Source: Putridiphycobacter sp.
Lineage (GTDB): Bacteria; Bacteroidota; Bacteroidia; Flavobacteriales_D; Crocinitomicaceae
Assembly (NCBI GenBank): GCA_965230485.1
Contig: CBDDLA010000001.1
Span: 3,183,010-3,247,009 of the forward strand
Length of the DNA: 64,000 bases
Direction: 5' to 3'
This document shows positions 9,372-19,449 of this stretch, piece after piece. The first letter of the stretch is position 1, and every line of letters starts with the position of its first letter. A program made the translations under genes and the position numbers. The notes beneath the pieces were generated by a model. That model did no database searches and was not told the origin of the DNA. It was given only the letters and a program-made list of their open reading frames with translations.

Positions 9372-9659
9372 ATGATACTTTCTGATGTTGAAATAGTCAA
9401 TCAAATTAAGTCATTGCACCTGCAATGGAAATCAGTTGATGGCTGGCTTGAAAAGCAAATAGAATTTGAGAATTTTGATAAAGCCTTCGATTTTATGAAA
9501 TCAGTGGCAGACATCTGCAAAAAACATAACCATCACCCATTTTGGACAAACAACTATAAGCAGGTTAGCATTAAGTTCAGAACAAATGATGCTGGAGGCA
9601 TTACACAACGTGACATAGATGTAGCAAAAGAAATAGATAGCCTTGAGAAAAACACTTAA
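9372..9659 (+). CDS. Pterin-4-alpha-carbinolamine dehydratase
   Basis: F.NFDKAFDFM, NHHP and DAGGIT..D..A motifs, 95 aa. Confidence 0.88.
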   Translation: MILSDVEIVNQIKSLHLQWKSVDGWLEKQIEFENFDKAFDFMKSVADICKKHNHHPFWTNNYKQVSIKFRTNDAGGITQRDIDVAKEIDSLEKNT

Positions 9660-9723
9660 TACTTCATAGTTATTACAAACATTGATGTAGAAACAACCTT
9701 TATATCCCAAAGAAAATCCAGAG

Positions 9724-10950
9724 ATGAACACCGAAAACCTCATCATACCTACAAAAAATGGCCTTAGTTTAAGCGCTAAGCTAGAATTGCCTGCCAATGG
9801 GAAAGTGGCTCAATATGCTATTTTCGCTCATTGCTTTACATGTAATAGTAATTTAGGAATAGTTCGTCATATCAGTAGAAACTTAACTTCGCGCGGCATT
9901 GCAGTTTTAAGGTTCGATTTTACAGGCTTAGGACAGAGTGAAGGCGAGTTTGCAGCTACAAATTTTTCAAATAATGTATCCGATTTATTAGATGTGAATG
10001 CATTTTTGAAATTAAATTATAAAGCACCTGAACTATTAATAGGTCACTCTTTAGGTGGCACGGCGGTTTTAATGGCGGCATTCGATTTGCCGAACATTAA
10101 AGGGATAGCCACCATTGGCTCCCCTTCAAACCCTGCTCATATTAAAAAATTACTTAATTATGATTCTAAAAAGCTACAGAACTCAGATGCTTTTGAAGTG
10201 AATATTGGCGGACGGCCATTCGAAATTCAAAAGCAATTTATAGATGATGTAGAACAGCATGATTTGCTGAAGAAAATTAAAGGCTTAAAAAAGGCACTCC
10301 TCATTCTCCACTCTCCGCAAGACATGATTGTAGAAGTCAAAAATGCTGCAGAACTATTCCACAATGCATTTCATCCGAAAAGTTTTGTTAGTCTTGATGG
10401 TGCAGATCACCTGTTAACCAGAAAAGAAGACGCACTTTATGCTGCAGATGTTATTGGCGCTTGGGCAAGTAGATATGTAGATTTACAAATAGAGGAAGAT
10501 GCAAAGATCAGTACAGAAGGGGAGCAGGTGGTTGTCCATTTAAATTTAGAAGATAATTTCACAAGTCAAATCTTTACGGAGAAACACCAATTAATTGCTG
10601 ACGAGCCAAAAAACATAGGAGGAGACGATTTAGGGCCGTCACCTTATGAATTACTTAATTCAGCAATTGGTGCATGCACAGTAATGACACTAAAAATGTA
10701 CGCCGAAAGAAAAAAGTGGGACCTAAAGGAAGTGTTCGTTTATTTATCTCATACTAAAAAGCCAGCAGAAGAAATCCAGAGCGAAAAACCATTATCTGGA
10801 AGAATTGATGTCATTACAAAACAGCTAAAATTTGTTGGTAATTTAGATGACGCTCAAAAAGAAAAATTAAAATCAATAGCATCCAGATGTCCAGTTCACA
10901 AAACTGTGGTTGGAGATGTAATTATAGAAACACAAGTACTGAGTGAATAA
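9724..10950 (+). CDS. Bifunctional alpha/beta hydrolase - OsmC family protein
   Basis: [21 protein letters not shown] nucleophile and DGADH. The C-terminal OsmC domain has ADEP..GG.D.GPSPY, GACT and RCPVH. Confidence 0.92.
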   Translation: MNTENLIIPTKNGLSLSAKLELPANGKVAQYAIFAHCFTCNSNLGIVRHISRNLTSRGIAVLRFDFTGLGQSEGEFAATNFSNNVSDLLDVNAFLKLNYKAPELLIGHSLGGTAVLMAAFDLPNIKGIATIGSPSNPAHIKKLLNYDSKKLQNSDAFEVNIGGRPFEIQKQFIDDVEQHDLLKKIKGLKKALLILHSPQDMIVEVKNAAELFHNAFHPKSFVSLDGADHLLTRKEDALYAADVIGAWASRYVDLQIEEDAKISTEGEQVVVHLNLEDNFTSQIFTEKHQLIADEPKNIGGDDLGPSPYELLNSAIGACTVMTLKMYAERKKWDLKEVFVYLSHTKKPAEEIQSEKPLSGRIDVITKQLKFVGNLDDAQKEKLKSIASRCPVHKTVVGDVIIETQVLSE

Positions 10951-10985
10951 TTTACTCTTGTTTGATACTGCAGTCAGCACCCATA

Positions 10986-11219
10986 TTATTCAATCTGACG
11001 TTTTTCAAAGGCTTTAACAATAGTTTGGGCTTCATCTAATTTATTGCCGTCAGCAAAAACCTGGGCAAATCCACTACTTCCAAATCCAGCAGTTAATGCT
11101 GAATTGGTATCGCTTTTTTCTTGAGCCAAAATGCCAGCATCAATCAATTCAGTTTTTAGAAAACTCGCCAACAAACTTGGTCCAGTATATACCCAAACCC
11201 ATTCTATCTTCTCTGCCAT
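10986..11219 (-). CDS. DUF2007-like putative signal-transducing protein
   Basis: 77 aa with VYTG..LLASFLKTELIDAGI, a PII-like pattern. Confidence 0.65.
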   Translation of the reverse strand: MAEKIEWVWVYTGPSLLASFLKTELIDAGILAQEKSDTNSALTAGFGSSGFAQVFADGNKLDEAQTIVKAFEKRQIE

Positions 11220-11275
11220 ATTAATACTTTTATTATTACCTATAATGTACGAAATTTTTATGACAAAAACAAATA

Positions 11276-11782
11276 TTACACCTTAGTTTTAACTTGTTTC
11301 CAATTTTTAATCTGCCACGTAACCGTAGCGGTACAAATATGGTTGTTACCTCTATCGTAAGTTTCTACCTTATTCTGAACAGTGATTTTCTCACTATTTT
11401 TTAAAGGTGTAATAATTTGATTATTAAACCATTCTTCAGAAAGTTTGATTTTAGCATAACAAGTCGATTTAGCTTGGTAGTGATATTCCATTTCAATCTT
11501 TTCCATTATCAGGCGGTACACCTTAAAATTTAAGTTAGTCATTAACAAAAAACCAGATGCAAACTCCGAACAAGTGGCTAACCCACATGCATGTATACCC
11601 TTTATATGGTTAAAGTTTTTCCGTTTGTAAGGAATGACTGTGGCTAAATCAAAATCATTAATGTGGTGAATTTTTATACCGTGAGGTTTGTTAAAAGGAA
11701 TGGTCCAACCTAGCATCATATTTAGCTTCCATAATCCAAACTTACTTGATTTGGCATTGTTAATGTGCTTATCTATATCCAT
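11276..11782 (-). CDS. DUF4442 / PaaI-like hotdog-fold protein
   Basis: IPFNKPHGIKI and NFNHIKGIHACGLAT motifs. Confidence 0.75.
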   Translation of the reverse strand: MDIDKHINNAKSSKFGLWKLNMMLGWTIPFNKPHGIKIHHINDFDLATVIPYKRKNFNHIKGIHACGLATCSEFASGFLLMTNLNFKVYRLIMEKIEMEYHYQAKSTCYAKIKLSEEWFNNQIITPLKNSEKITVQNKVETYDRGNNHICTATVTWQIKNWKQVKTKV

Positions 11783-11944
11783 TTCACCGATTATTACTTA
11801 ATAATTTTACGTTAACCTTAAATATCGTGTAAATTCTTGAATAGCGAGCAAAAATGAGTTAACTTTACGGGTTTAATTTATATTCATGCGACCATTTTAT
11901 AACGACTATTGTTTAATTGGTTGACATAAAAAAGAGAGTTATAT

Positions 11945-14080
11945 ATGAAAAAGTTTTTGCTATTTATAAGTTTGTTTTTTGGTATTCAAATGAGCTTGAA
12001 AGCTACCGAAGGCATGTGGATACCTTCATTAATAGATATGTTTTATTCCGATATGAAAACCTATGGATTAAAGCTATCAGCCGAGCAAATATACTCTACT
12101 AACAATACATCCTTAAAAGATGCTATTTTGCAATTTAATGGAGGGTGTACTGCTGAACTAGTATCTGATCAAGGACTTATACTAACTAATCACCATTGTG
12201 GTTTTGATGCCATCCAGCGACATTCTTCACTTGAAAATGATTATTTAAAGAATGGGTTTTGGGCAAAATCTAAATCAGATGAGCTACCATGTCCATGGCT
12301 AAGGGTCACTTTTGTGAAAAGAATTGAAGATGTTACTGAAAAGGTTTTAACGGGGATAAATCAAGAATTATCTGCATCCGACAAACGAAAGAAAATAGCG
12401 GAAAACATAAAAGCAATAGAAACTACGGCAACAACTGGTAATAGCTATCAGGCTAAAATAAAACCGTTTAATCTGGGCAATCAGTATTATATGCTAGTAA
12501 CCGAAGACTATAATGATATCAGATTGGTAGGCGCTCCACCATCTGCTATTGGCAAGTTTGGAGGAGATACCGATAATTGGATTTGGCCACGCCATACCGG
12601 TGATTTTTCAGTTTTTAGAATTTATGCAGATGCTGATAATAAAACTGCAAAATTCAATGAAGCTAACTCACCTTATAAGCCATTACACTTTCTACCAATT
12701 AGTCTGAAGCCAAAGAAAAAGAATGATTTTACAATGGTTTATGGATTTCCAGGTTCTACTGATCAGCATTATTCTAAGGAAAAATTAAGCTTTTATATCA
12801 ACAAAGAAAGACCGACTAGAATAGCAATGAGGCAAAAAACAATTGATATTTTAAAACCGGCCATGTTAAATGACGACCTGATTAGAATTCAGTACGCTTC
12901 AAAACAGGCCAGATTAGCCAATGCATGGAAAAAGTGGATTGGTCAGTTAAAAGGATTGAGAGAATTAGACGCATTAGGTAAAAAAGCAGCCTGGGAAGAA
13001 GAGTACCTTTTGAAGGCCAGCGAAAGGACTTTATGGAAGGAAAAATATTATCCTGTTATTAAGCAATTAGCTGAAATACAAAGAGAAGGTGGTAAATATG
13101 AAATGGCGTATGCCATGTTAATAGAGTACTATTATTATGGGCCTGAATTTATGAGATTTGCAACCTCTTTCAATAATTTAGTCGATAAATACGAAGAATT
13201 AGAATCGTCTGGAAAATTGCATGAAGAAGTTGATAAGATGAAGAAAAGAACAGCAGGTTTTTTCAAGAACTACAATAAGAGTATTGATCAACAAATTTAT
13301 AAAGCATTAACGCCATTATATTTTCAAAACCTGTCTAATGAATTTGTTTCTAAGACCCTATTGATTAAATCTGATATTTATGCCAATACTATTTTTAATA
13401 AATCGGTGATTCTTGATAAAGAAAAGATATTAGATTTTTTAGATGGATTTAGTCAAAAACACGTTAAAAAGTTAAAAAAAGACCCGGCATTTGTTTATGC
13501 AAACACAATCTTGAACACATATAGAAATACGGTATCTCTTGGCTTAAAAAACTTCAAGCAACGAGAAAATCAATTAATGAAAACTTATTTGGAAGGAATT
13601 ATGACTATGTTTCCTGATAAAAAAACATGGCCTGATGCCAATTCTACCCTTAGAATCACGTATGGAAAGATTGATGGGTCGGCCCCTTATGATGGCATGG
13701 AATACACTCACTATACTACAATTGATGGCATCATGCAGAAAAATGCAGATAGCAATCCAGACTTTGATTTGCCAGAACGTTTCATAGAACTCTACAATAA
13801 AAAAGATTTTGGAGATTATTTGCAAGATGGAAAGTTATGGGTTTGTTTTACCGCTTCAAATCATACTACTGGCGGTAACAGTGGTAGTCCGGTTATTGAT
13901 GCTGAGGGAAATTTAATGGGCATTAACTTTGATAGAAGTTGGGAAAGTACAATGAGCGATTTTTACTTCAGTGAAGAACGGTGTAGAAATATTACCGTCG
14001 ACATGCGCTATGTTTTGTGGGTAATAGATAAATACGGTGATGCGAAGCATTTAGTTGAAGAAATGACACTCGTTCGCTAA
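11945..14080 (+). CDS. S46 family dipeptidyl peptidase (DPP11-like)
   Basis: EGMW, GGCTA, LTNHHC, NWIWPRHTGDF, catalytic GGNSGSP and NFDRSWE. Confidence 0.93.
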   Translation: MKKFLLFISLFFGIQMSLKATEGMWIPSLIDMFYSDMKTYGLKLSAEQIYSTNNTSLKDAILQFNGGCTAELVSDQGLILTNHHCGFDAIQRHSSLENDYLKNGFWAKSKSDELPCPWLRVTFVKRIEDVTEKVLTGINQELSASDKRKKIAENIKAIETTATTGNSYQAKIKPFNLGNQYYMLVTEDYNDIRLVGAPPSAIGKFGGDTDNWIWPRHTGDFSVFRIYADADNKTAKFNEANSPYKPLHFLPISLKPKKKNDFTMVYGFPGSTDQHYSKEKLSFYINKERPTRIAMRQKTIDILKPAMLNDDLIRIQYASKQARLANAWKKWIGQLKGLRELDALGKKAAWEEEYLLKASERTLWKEKYYPVIKQLAEIQREGGKYEMAYAMLIEYYYYGPEFMRFATSFNNLVDKYEELESSGKLHEEVDKMKKRTAGFFKNYNKSIDQQIYKALTPLYFQNLSNEFVSKTLLIKSDIYANTIFNKSVILDKEKILDFLDGFSQKHVKKLKKDPAFVYANTILNTYRNTVSLGLKNFKQRENQLMKTYLEGIMTMFPDKKTWPDANSTLRITYGKIDGSAPYDGMEYTHYTTIDGIMQKNADSNPDFDLPERFIELYNKKDFGDYLQDGKLWVCFTASNHTTGGNSGSPVIDAEGNLMGINFDRSWESTMSDFYFSEERCRNITVDMRYVLWVIDKYGDAKHLVEEMTLVR

Positions 14081-14091
14081 CAATGAAATGG

Positions 14092-14140
14092 TGAATAACT
14101 TTATTTCTAGTTTTTTTTAAGTTATTCAGTCCATTTTTTT
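14092..14140 (+). terminator. Inverted repeat after the S46 gene (terminator or operator)
   Basis: TGAATAACTT (14092-14101) and AAGTTATTCA (14119-14128) form a perfect 10-bp IR, followed by a T run. Confidence 0.5.
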
Positions 14141-14171
14141 ATATTTGGCTTGAACCGCCATTATATAACAT

Positions 14172-14552
14172 ATGCTTTTAAAGATTGAAGCAACCGCCAA
14201 AACGCCTAAATTAAAGGTAAATCCTGAAAAAGGGCTAATTCAACTTTCAGGAATTTCCATTCCTGAAGATCCCAGAGCATTTTTTGAGCCTTTTCAAGAG
14301 GCTGTTGATAAGTATATTGTTGCCCCAAAAGAAAAGACTCTGGTTGAGTTTAAGCTAGAATATTTCAACACAAGTACAACTTTAATTATTAGAAATTTAC
14401 TAAGAAAATTATCTGAAATGACCTCAAAAACCGATCTTCAAATTAGGTGGTATTTTGAAGAGGATGATGAAGATATGGGAGAAGTAGGCGGAGAATTAAA
14501 AATTCTTTTTCCTGAAGTTGATTTTGAAATAGTAGAGGTTCAGCAATTTTAA
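14172..14552 (+). CDS. SiaC family regulatory phosphoprotein (DUF1987)
   Basis: IEATAKTPK, LSGISIPED...FF, LEYFNTS and WYFEEDDEDM.E.G. TATATTTG promoter at 14140-14147. Confidence 0.88.
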   Translation: MLLKIEATAKTPKLKVNPEKGLIQLSGISIPEDPRAFFEPFQEAVDKYIVAPKEKTLVEFKLEYFNTSTTLIIRNLLRKLSEMTSKTDLQIRWYFEEDDEDMGEVGGELKILFPEVDFEIVEVQQF

Positions 14553-14565
14553 ACAATCATCCTAA

Positions 14566-14916
14566 GTGACTCTTATTAAGAGATATTATGGGATTGTCAT
14601 TTTGCTCATAGCAATAATCTCGTATCTTGTTTTTCGCGCTTACAATCGCTATAGCTTCAATTCAATTGCGAAGAGTCCTCAAATTGAAGATATTTATATC
14701 TTTTGTGACAGTAATTCCTATAGTCCATACAGGTTAGATAAAATCATGAATGATTCACTCTATTTTTTTTCTCATCCATATGATTTTAAGATGTCAATCC
14801 CTTTGTTAGAACAAATTCAAGAAGATTCATTCAATAGTTTAATTCACTATATTTATCCAAGTGATGAGATAGATCGGTTAGTTGAAGAGGGTAAAATTGT
14901 CAAAATATACAGGTAA
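14566..14916 (+). CDS. Hypothetical membrane-anchored protein
   Basis: GTG start, N-terminal TM helix, TAATG overlap with the next gene. Confidence 0.65.
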   Translation: MTLIKRYYGIVILLIAIISYLVFRAYNRYSFNSIAKSPQIEDIYIFCDSNSYSPYRLDKIMNDSLYFFSHPYDFKMSIPLLEQIQEDSFNSLIHYIYPSDEIDRLVEEGKIVKIYR

Positions 14917-16487
14917 TGCCAATACGAATTAGAAAGGATAATAGAGGAACGAGTAATCAACCCAGAAGGCGATATAGAAATACTTCTAGAAAAAGTGGAG
15001 GGATGGGTTCTGGAATGGCAGGTGCATTATTGCCTATTGCCATGAATCTTTTTAAGAAAAATCCTAAATTGATTCTAATTTTGGTGGTAATAGCAGGTGC
15101 ATTCTATTTTCTTGGAGGCGCTAAGATGTGTACTTCAGAAGGAGGAGGAAATAACCCATTAAGCAGTTTATTCAGTACAGGTTTGGATATGGACGAAAAG
15201 GTCTATGATAAAGCTGAAGTTTTTGAACCACTTGCTGATAATATTAAAAACCCAATGCCTGAAAAAGTATCACTCATTGCATACGTACCAAAAAGGTTAA
15301 ATCAGGGGCAGCAAGGGTCTTGCGTTGGTTGGAGTAGCGGTTATGCTGCTAGAACAATTCTACACTCAAAGGCGACAGGTGAAAACCCAAATAGTGTGAC
15401 GTTTAGTCCATCTTATGTCTACAATCAAATTGCATTAGAAGGTTGTCAAGGCACATACTTGCAAAAGGCAATGGAGCTAATGTATAATAATGGTGCATTA
15501 CCTTTTTCTAGATTTGCCTATAATGAGAATGACTGCAATAAGCAACCAACGAATACACAAATTAATGAAGCAAAAAGGTTTCGAACCAAAGGATTTAACC
15601 GATTAAGTAAAGACGGTAATAATTATGAGACTGATTTACTCGCAATCAAACAAAATTTAGCTCAAGGCGCTCCAGTTGTTATCGGAATGATGGTGGGTGG
15701 AACATTTATGTCGAATATGAACGGAAAATCATTATGGATACCCAGCCAATCAGATTATAACGCAAGGGGATTTGGAGGGCACGCCATGTGCGTGATTGGA
15801 TATGATGATTATAAGACGAATGAAGAAGGCGCCTTTCAAATTATGAACTCATGGGGCGAAACTTGGGGAGATAAAGGCATTTTCTGGATACGGTACTCTG
15901 ATTTCGAACATTTCAATAAAGAGGCCTACGGACTATACCCAATGGGTAGCTCTGAAAAATTTGCAAGTCAGCGGCTAAAAGCAGAAATAGGATTAGTGAT
16001 TAATAAAACGGGAAAATATGTTCCCTTTCAATACAAGGGGGGAATGACTTTTAGGAATACAGAGCTACTGAAAGTAGATCAAGATTTTAAGATTGAAATT
16101 ACAAATTCAATTGAATGTTATGTGTATGTTTTTGGTGAAGAGACTGATGGTTCAAGCTATACGTTATTTCCATATACGGCTAAGCATTCTCCGTATTGTG
16201 GAATTACAGGAACCAGATTATTTCCAAGAGATTATTCATTATACCCTGACGAATCGGGTAGACTGGATCATATTGCTGTAGTCATCTCTAAGCAGAAGCT
16301 AGACTATAATAAATTAAATGCTGCTATTAACTCAAACCAAGGTGAAACATTCGAATCAAAGGTTTATCATACTTTAAAGAATGAATTAATAGATAACGTT
16401 CAATTTTCTGCAAATGGAATGATCAAATTTGATTGTGATACGAAGCTCAAAAATACTGTAGCTTTGGTCTTAGAATTAAGTAAATAG
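14916..16487 (+). CDS. Membrane-anchored C1 (papain-like) cysteine peptidase with a C-terminal DUF4384-like domain
   Basis: QGQQGSCVGW (Gln/Cys), GGHAMCVIGY (His), IMNSWG..WG (Asn). TM segment LILILVVIAGAFYFL. C-terminal CYVYVF....G..YTLFP. Confidence 0.85.
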   Translation: MPIRIRKDNRGTSNQPRRRYRNTSRKSGGMGSGMAGALLPIAMNLFKKNPKLILILVVIAGAFYFLGGAKMCTSEGGGNNPLSSLFSTGLDMDEKVYDKAEVFEPLADNIKNPMPEKVSLIAYVPKRLNQGQQGSCVGWSSGYAARTILHSKATGENPNSVTFSPSYVYNQIALEGCQGTYLQKAMELMYNNGALPFSRFAYNENDCNKQPTNTQINEAKRFRTKGFNRLSKDGNNYETDLLAIKQNLAQGAPVVIGMMVGGTFMSNMNGKSLWIPSQSDYNARGFGGHAMCVIGYDDYKTNEEGAFQIMNSWGETWGDKGIFWIRYSDFEHFNKEAYGLYPMGSSEKFASQRLKAEIGLVINKTGKYVPFQYKGGMTFRNTELLKVDQDFKIEITNSIECYVYVFGEETDGSSYTLFPYTAKHSPYCGITGTRLFPRDYSLYPDESGRLDHIAVVISKQKLDYNKLNAAINSNQGETFESKVYHTLKNELIDNVQFSANGMIKFDCDTKLKNTVALVLELSK

Positions 16488-16489
16488 TA

Positions 16490-17872
16490 CTATTTTAAAA
16501 GCGTTCCAAAAGTCTTAATAAAATTTTTAAATAGATAATAAGATTGAATGGTTGAATGACTATTTCTATTATGATAAATAATATGTCCGCTGCTTATATA
16601 GTCATTGGTTTCTGCGTCTTTGTCAATTCTAAAATTAATTTCGTCAATAGCACTCATATAACCAAAATCCTCTAATATTGACTTTACAATTTTTATAATT
16701 TGCCCTGCCACTATTTTTGGTGGATTATTTTTATCTTCTTTAAAGTTCATTTTATGAACAATTTGTTCGGGGTGTATGATTAAATTGAAATAGTTATTTT
16801 GACTGGTATTATTGGTTTCGAATGTTTTTCGTTTTTGAAAAAGTTTAAATTTATGATCAGCAATTTCATACCTTATTTTTGCTTTAACTTCAGAATTCAT
16901 CATAAGTGTATCTCCAGCTATTAGCAAACTTCCATCATCAATGTTGGCATCAAGGTAATTTAGCCAGGTTTTTTCATCATCAATATCTAATGAAAGGTTA
17001 ATATTTGGAAAGGAAGTAACAGGTATTACATCATTATTGGTAATTAAATTTACGCCATCATAATCAAGGGCCAATTGTTTATAATCAGGCAGGTATTCAA
17101 GTTTGGTGTCGTTAAATAAATAAATAGTGTTTAAAAGGTTTAACGAAGACCTAAGACTAATGCCAATATTTGGTGATATTTCGTAAGCAATTGGATTAAC
17201 ATCAGTTTGACCAATAGGGTGAAAAAAACCAGCAATATCTATTTGGGTATCATTAAAATTTACGCTCAAATAGCCATCAGTAACGTAATCTGATTTAACA
17301 GATTTTAGATAAATATTGATTTCATTTTCATCTAAAAAATCTGTTTTTATAAGTGCATTTTGTTTAATAGAAGGCACTTTTCCAGCAAGAATATTCTCAA
17401 TATGGTTTGAAACTTCTGTCTGATTAATGGATTGACTCATTTGTATTACTGCTGCAGATTCACCGTAAAAAACAATTGCATGAGGAAAGTTTTCCGCAAT
17501 ATAAATGGAAAAATCAGACTCATCTATCACTTTAGCAACACCAAACCAGAGAGATTCGTTAGCCCATTTCTCATTAAAAACTATAATTTTAGAAAACGGA
17601 TCAACACCAATTGTTTTGATTTTTTCACTTAAATCTTCAGTCTCCGTATCCAAATCATCTTTTTCAAAGTGATCTGGTTGATAAATCCATTGGTTAGACA
17701 CTTCTTTAATAAAGTTGATGGCATTAATTTCGATAACAATATCACTCTCTAGCGGAACGAATTTATAAATTTTATTAGAAGAGGTTAAAATGAAATTATC
17801 TGCAAATAAACTTATAATCAGGATTGAAACCACTAAGTAAATAAATAATAAATGTTTCTTTAAGTGATTCAT
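16490..17872 (-). CDS. Hypothetical N-terminally anchored protein
   Basis: 460-aa ORF with an N-terminal hydrophobic helix. TATATTTG promoter at 17911-17918 on the minus strand. Confidence 0.7.
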   Translation of the reverse strand: MNHLKKHLLFIYLVVSILIISLFADNFILTSSNKIYKFVPLESDIVIEINAINFIKEVSNQWIYQPDHFEKDDLDTETEDLSEKIKTIGVDPFSKIIVFNEKWANESLWFGVAKVIDESDFSIYIAENFPHAIVFYGESAAVIQMSQSINQTEVSNHIENILAGKVPSIKQNALIKTDFLDENEINIYLKSVKSDYVTDGYLSVNFNDTQIDIAGFFHPIGQTDVNPIAYEISPNIGISLRSSLNLLNTIYLFNDTKLEYLPDYKQLALDYDGVNLITNNDVIPVTSFPNINLSLDIDDEKTWLNYLDANIDDGSLLIAGDTLMMNSEVKAKIRYEIADHKFKLFQKRKTFETNNTSQNNYFNLIIHPEQIVHKMNFKEDKNNPPKIVAGQIIKIVKSILEDFGYMSAIDEINFRIDKDAETNDYISSGHIIYHNRNSHSTIQSYYLFKNFIKTFGTLLK

Positions 17873-17939
17873 GTATATTTAAGATGCATTCTTATAGCTG
17901 CAGATATAAGCAAATATAACTTTTTTACCATCTTGTTTT

Positions 17940-19364
17940 CTATTTTTTCTCTAAATGAAGGGGATTTAACAAATCGGTCAGATTTTTAACAGGACTAAAA
18001 CAATTAGGATCGATTTCAAAAAATAAGGTTAGCCAATTATACATCCCACCATTCCATAAACCTGGTTTTTCAATGTATCTAACATCTTGACCTTGATGCT
18101 TTTTTGAAACTAAAAAATAATGACTTTCGTTGGTATAATGACTAAGGTTAAATTTCTCGCCTTTATAATTTTTCACAGCACAAATTATTTCTACCGGATT
18201 AAAATGTGTTCCCCTTAGAAAAGGAGATTCAAACGTATGCTTACTGCTTATTTGAGATTTTTCTATAATTTGCTTACTGATTTCTTTAGTATCATCTTCA
18301 ACCCAAAAAGGACCACCACCAATTTGTCCTTCATTAGGCACCATACCGCAAATTCTAATAGGTCGGTTTAAATAATCATAAATAAAATCTAAGTCACCTA
18401 TTTGACTATCAGTTAATTTTAATTGATATTCTTCGTTTAAATCAATAATAAGCTGCTTTGCATCATTGTTTTTTTGATCAATTAAGTGAAGAATGTTGTG
18501 GACCAACTTCTGAAACTTAATTAACTGTCCACCTAGTATTTTTTTAGTTCGAATGGCAATCTGGGCTTTAGTATAATGCTGAACATTATCAATATTTTTA
18601 ATAAATACGATATCAGCTTCAACTGTATTTAAATTTTCAATTAAAGCACCATGACCTGCTGGACGCATTAAATAATTAGAATCCTCATCAATAATAGGTT
18701 GATTATCTTGGTTGAATGTAAAAGCATCAGTTGCTTTGTTTTGCTCAGTAAACGTATAAATAAAATCGATACCTGTTACTTCTTTTAGAACGCTTAAATT
18801 ATGCTCTATTTTATCTTCGAATTTTCTATTAATTGTGAAATGAAAATGTGCATTGTCACCTGCAATTTTAGCGCCCTGCACAACGTGCTCCTGAAACGGA
18901 CTAATGATAAACTTACCATATCTATGAAATGGAATTAAACCTTTTGGAGAATTGCCCAGATTAAGTCCTTTTTCAGTAAGCAAGAATTCAACTAGTTCTT
19001 TAATATTAACTGTACCATTTTTAACTGATAATTTGAAGTGTCGAGGCAGTAAATTATAAAGCGCAAAATCCTTAAAGCGATTTAATAATTTTTCGATCGA
19101 TTCATATGTTTTAGGCTTTAAGTCGCCATCTGATACTAAAAAGTCATATAAATTATCAAACATTCTCGACCCTGATCCTGATGCAGGAATAAAGAAAGTG
19201 ATGTCCAAATGATCCTTTTCTGTTTCAAATCGATTGAGTAAATTCTGTTCTAAATTTTGCGGGATTTTAGAAATTCCATCATTTATCCTACAAGGTCTCA
19301 CTAGTTTAACGGTTGGATTTCCTGCCAATAAGCTACGCCTCTGTTGTTCTAATGCTGAATTCAA
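17940..19364 (-). CDS. DUF4301 family protein (nucleotidyltransferase/UDPGP-like fold)
   Basis: FIPASGSGSRMF, PKGLIPFH, RPAGHGALIENL, FIKNIDN, GGGPFW, THFNPV and PGLWNGGM. Confidence 0.85.
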   Translation of the reverse strand: MNSALEQQRRSLLAGNPTVKLVRPCRINDGISKIPQNLEQNLLNRFETEKDHLDITFFIPASGSGSRMFDNLYDFLVSDGDLKPKTYESIEKLLNRFKDFALYNLLPRHFKLSVKNGTVNIKELVEFLLTEKGLNLGNSPKGLIPFHRYGKFIISPFQEHVVQGAKIAGDNAHFHFTINRKFEDKIEHNLSVLKEVTGIDFIYTFTEQNKATDAFTFNQDNQPIIDEDSNYLMRPAGHGALIENLNTVEADIVFIKNIDNVQHYTKAQIAIRTKKILGGQLIKFQKLVHNILHLIDQKNNDAKQLIIDLNEEYQLKLTDSQIGDLDFIYDYLNRPIRICGMVPNEGQIGGGPFWVEDDTKEISKQIIEKSQISSKHTFESPFLRGTHFNPVEIICAVKNYKGEKFNLSHYTNESHYFLVSKKHQGQDVRYIEKPGLWNGGMYNWLTLFFEIDPNCFSPVKNLTDLLNPLHLEKK

Positions 19365-19449
19365 ATCTTTATTTTTTTCTAGTATTTAGTTAAAAACACT
19401 TAAGTCTTTTTTGTAAGCCCAAATATACATTTATTTTAACTTTGTTTAT

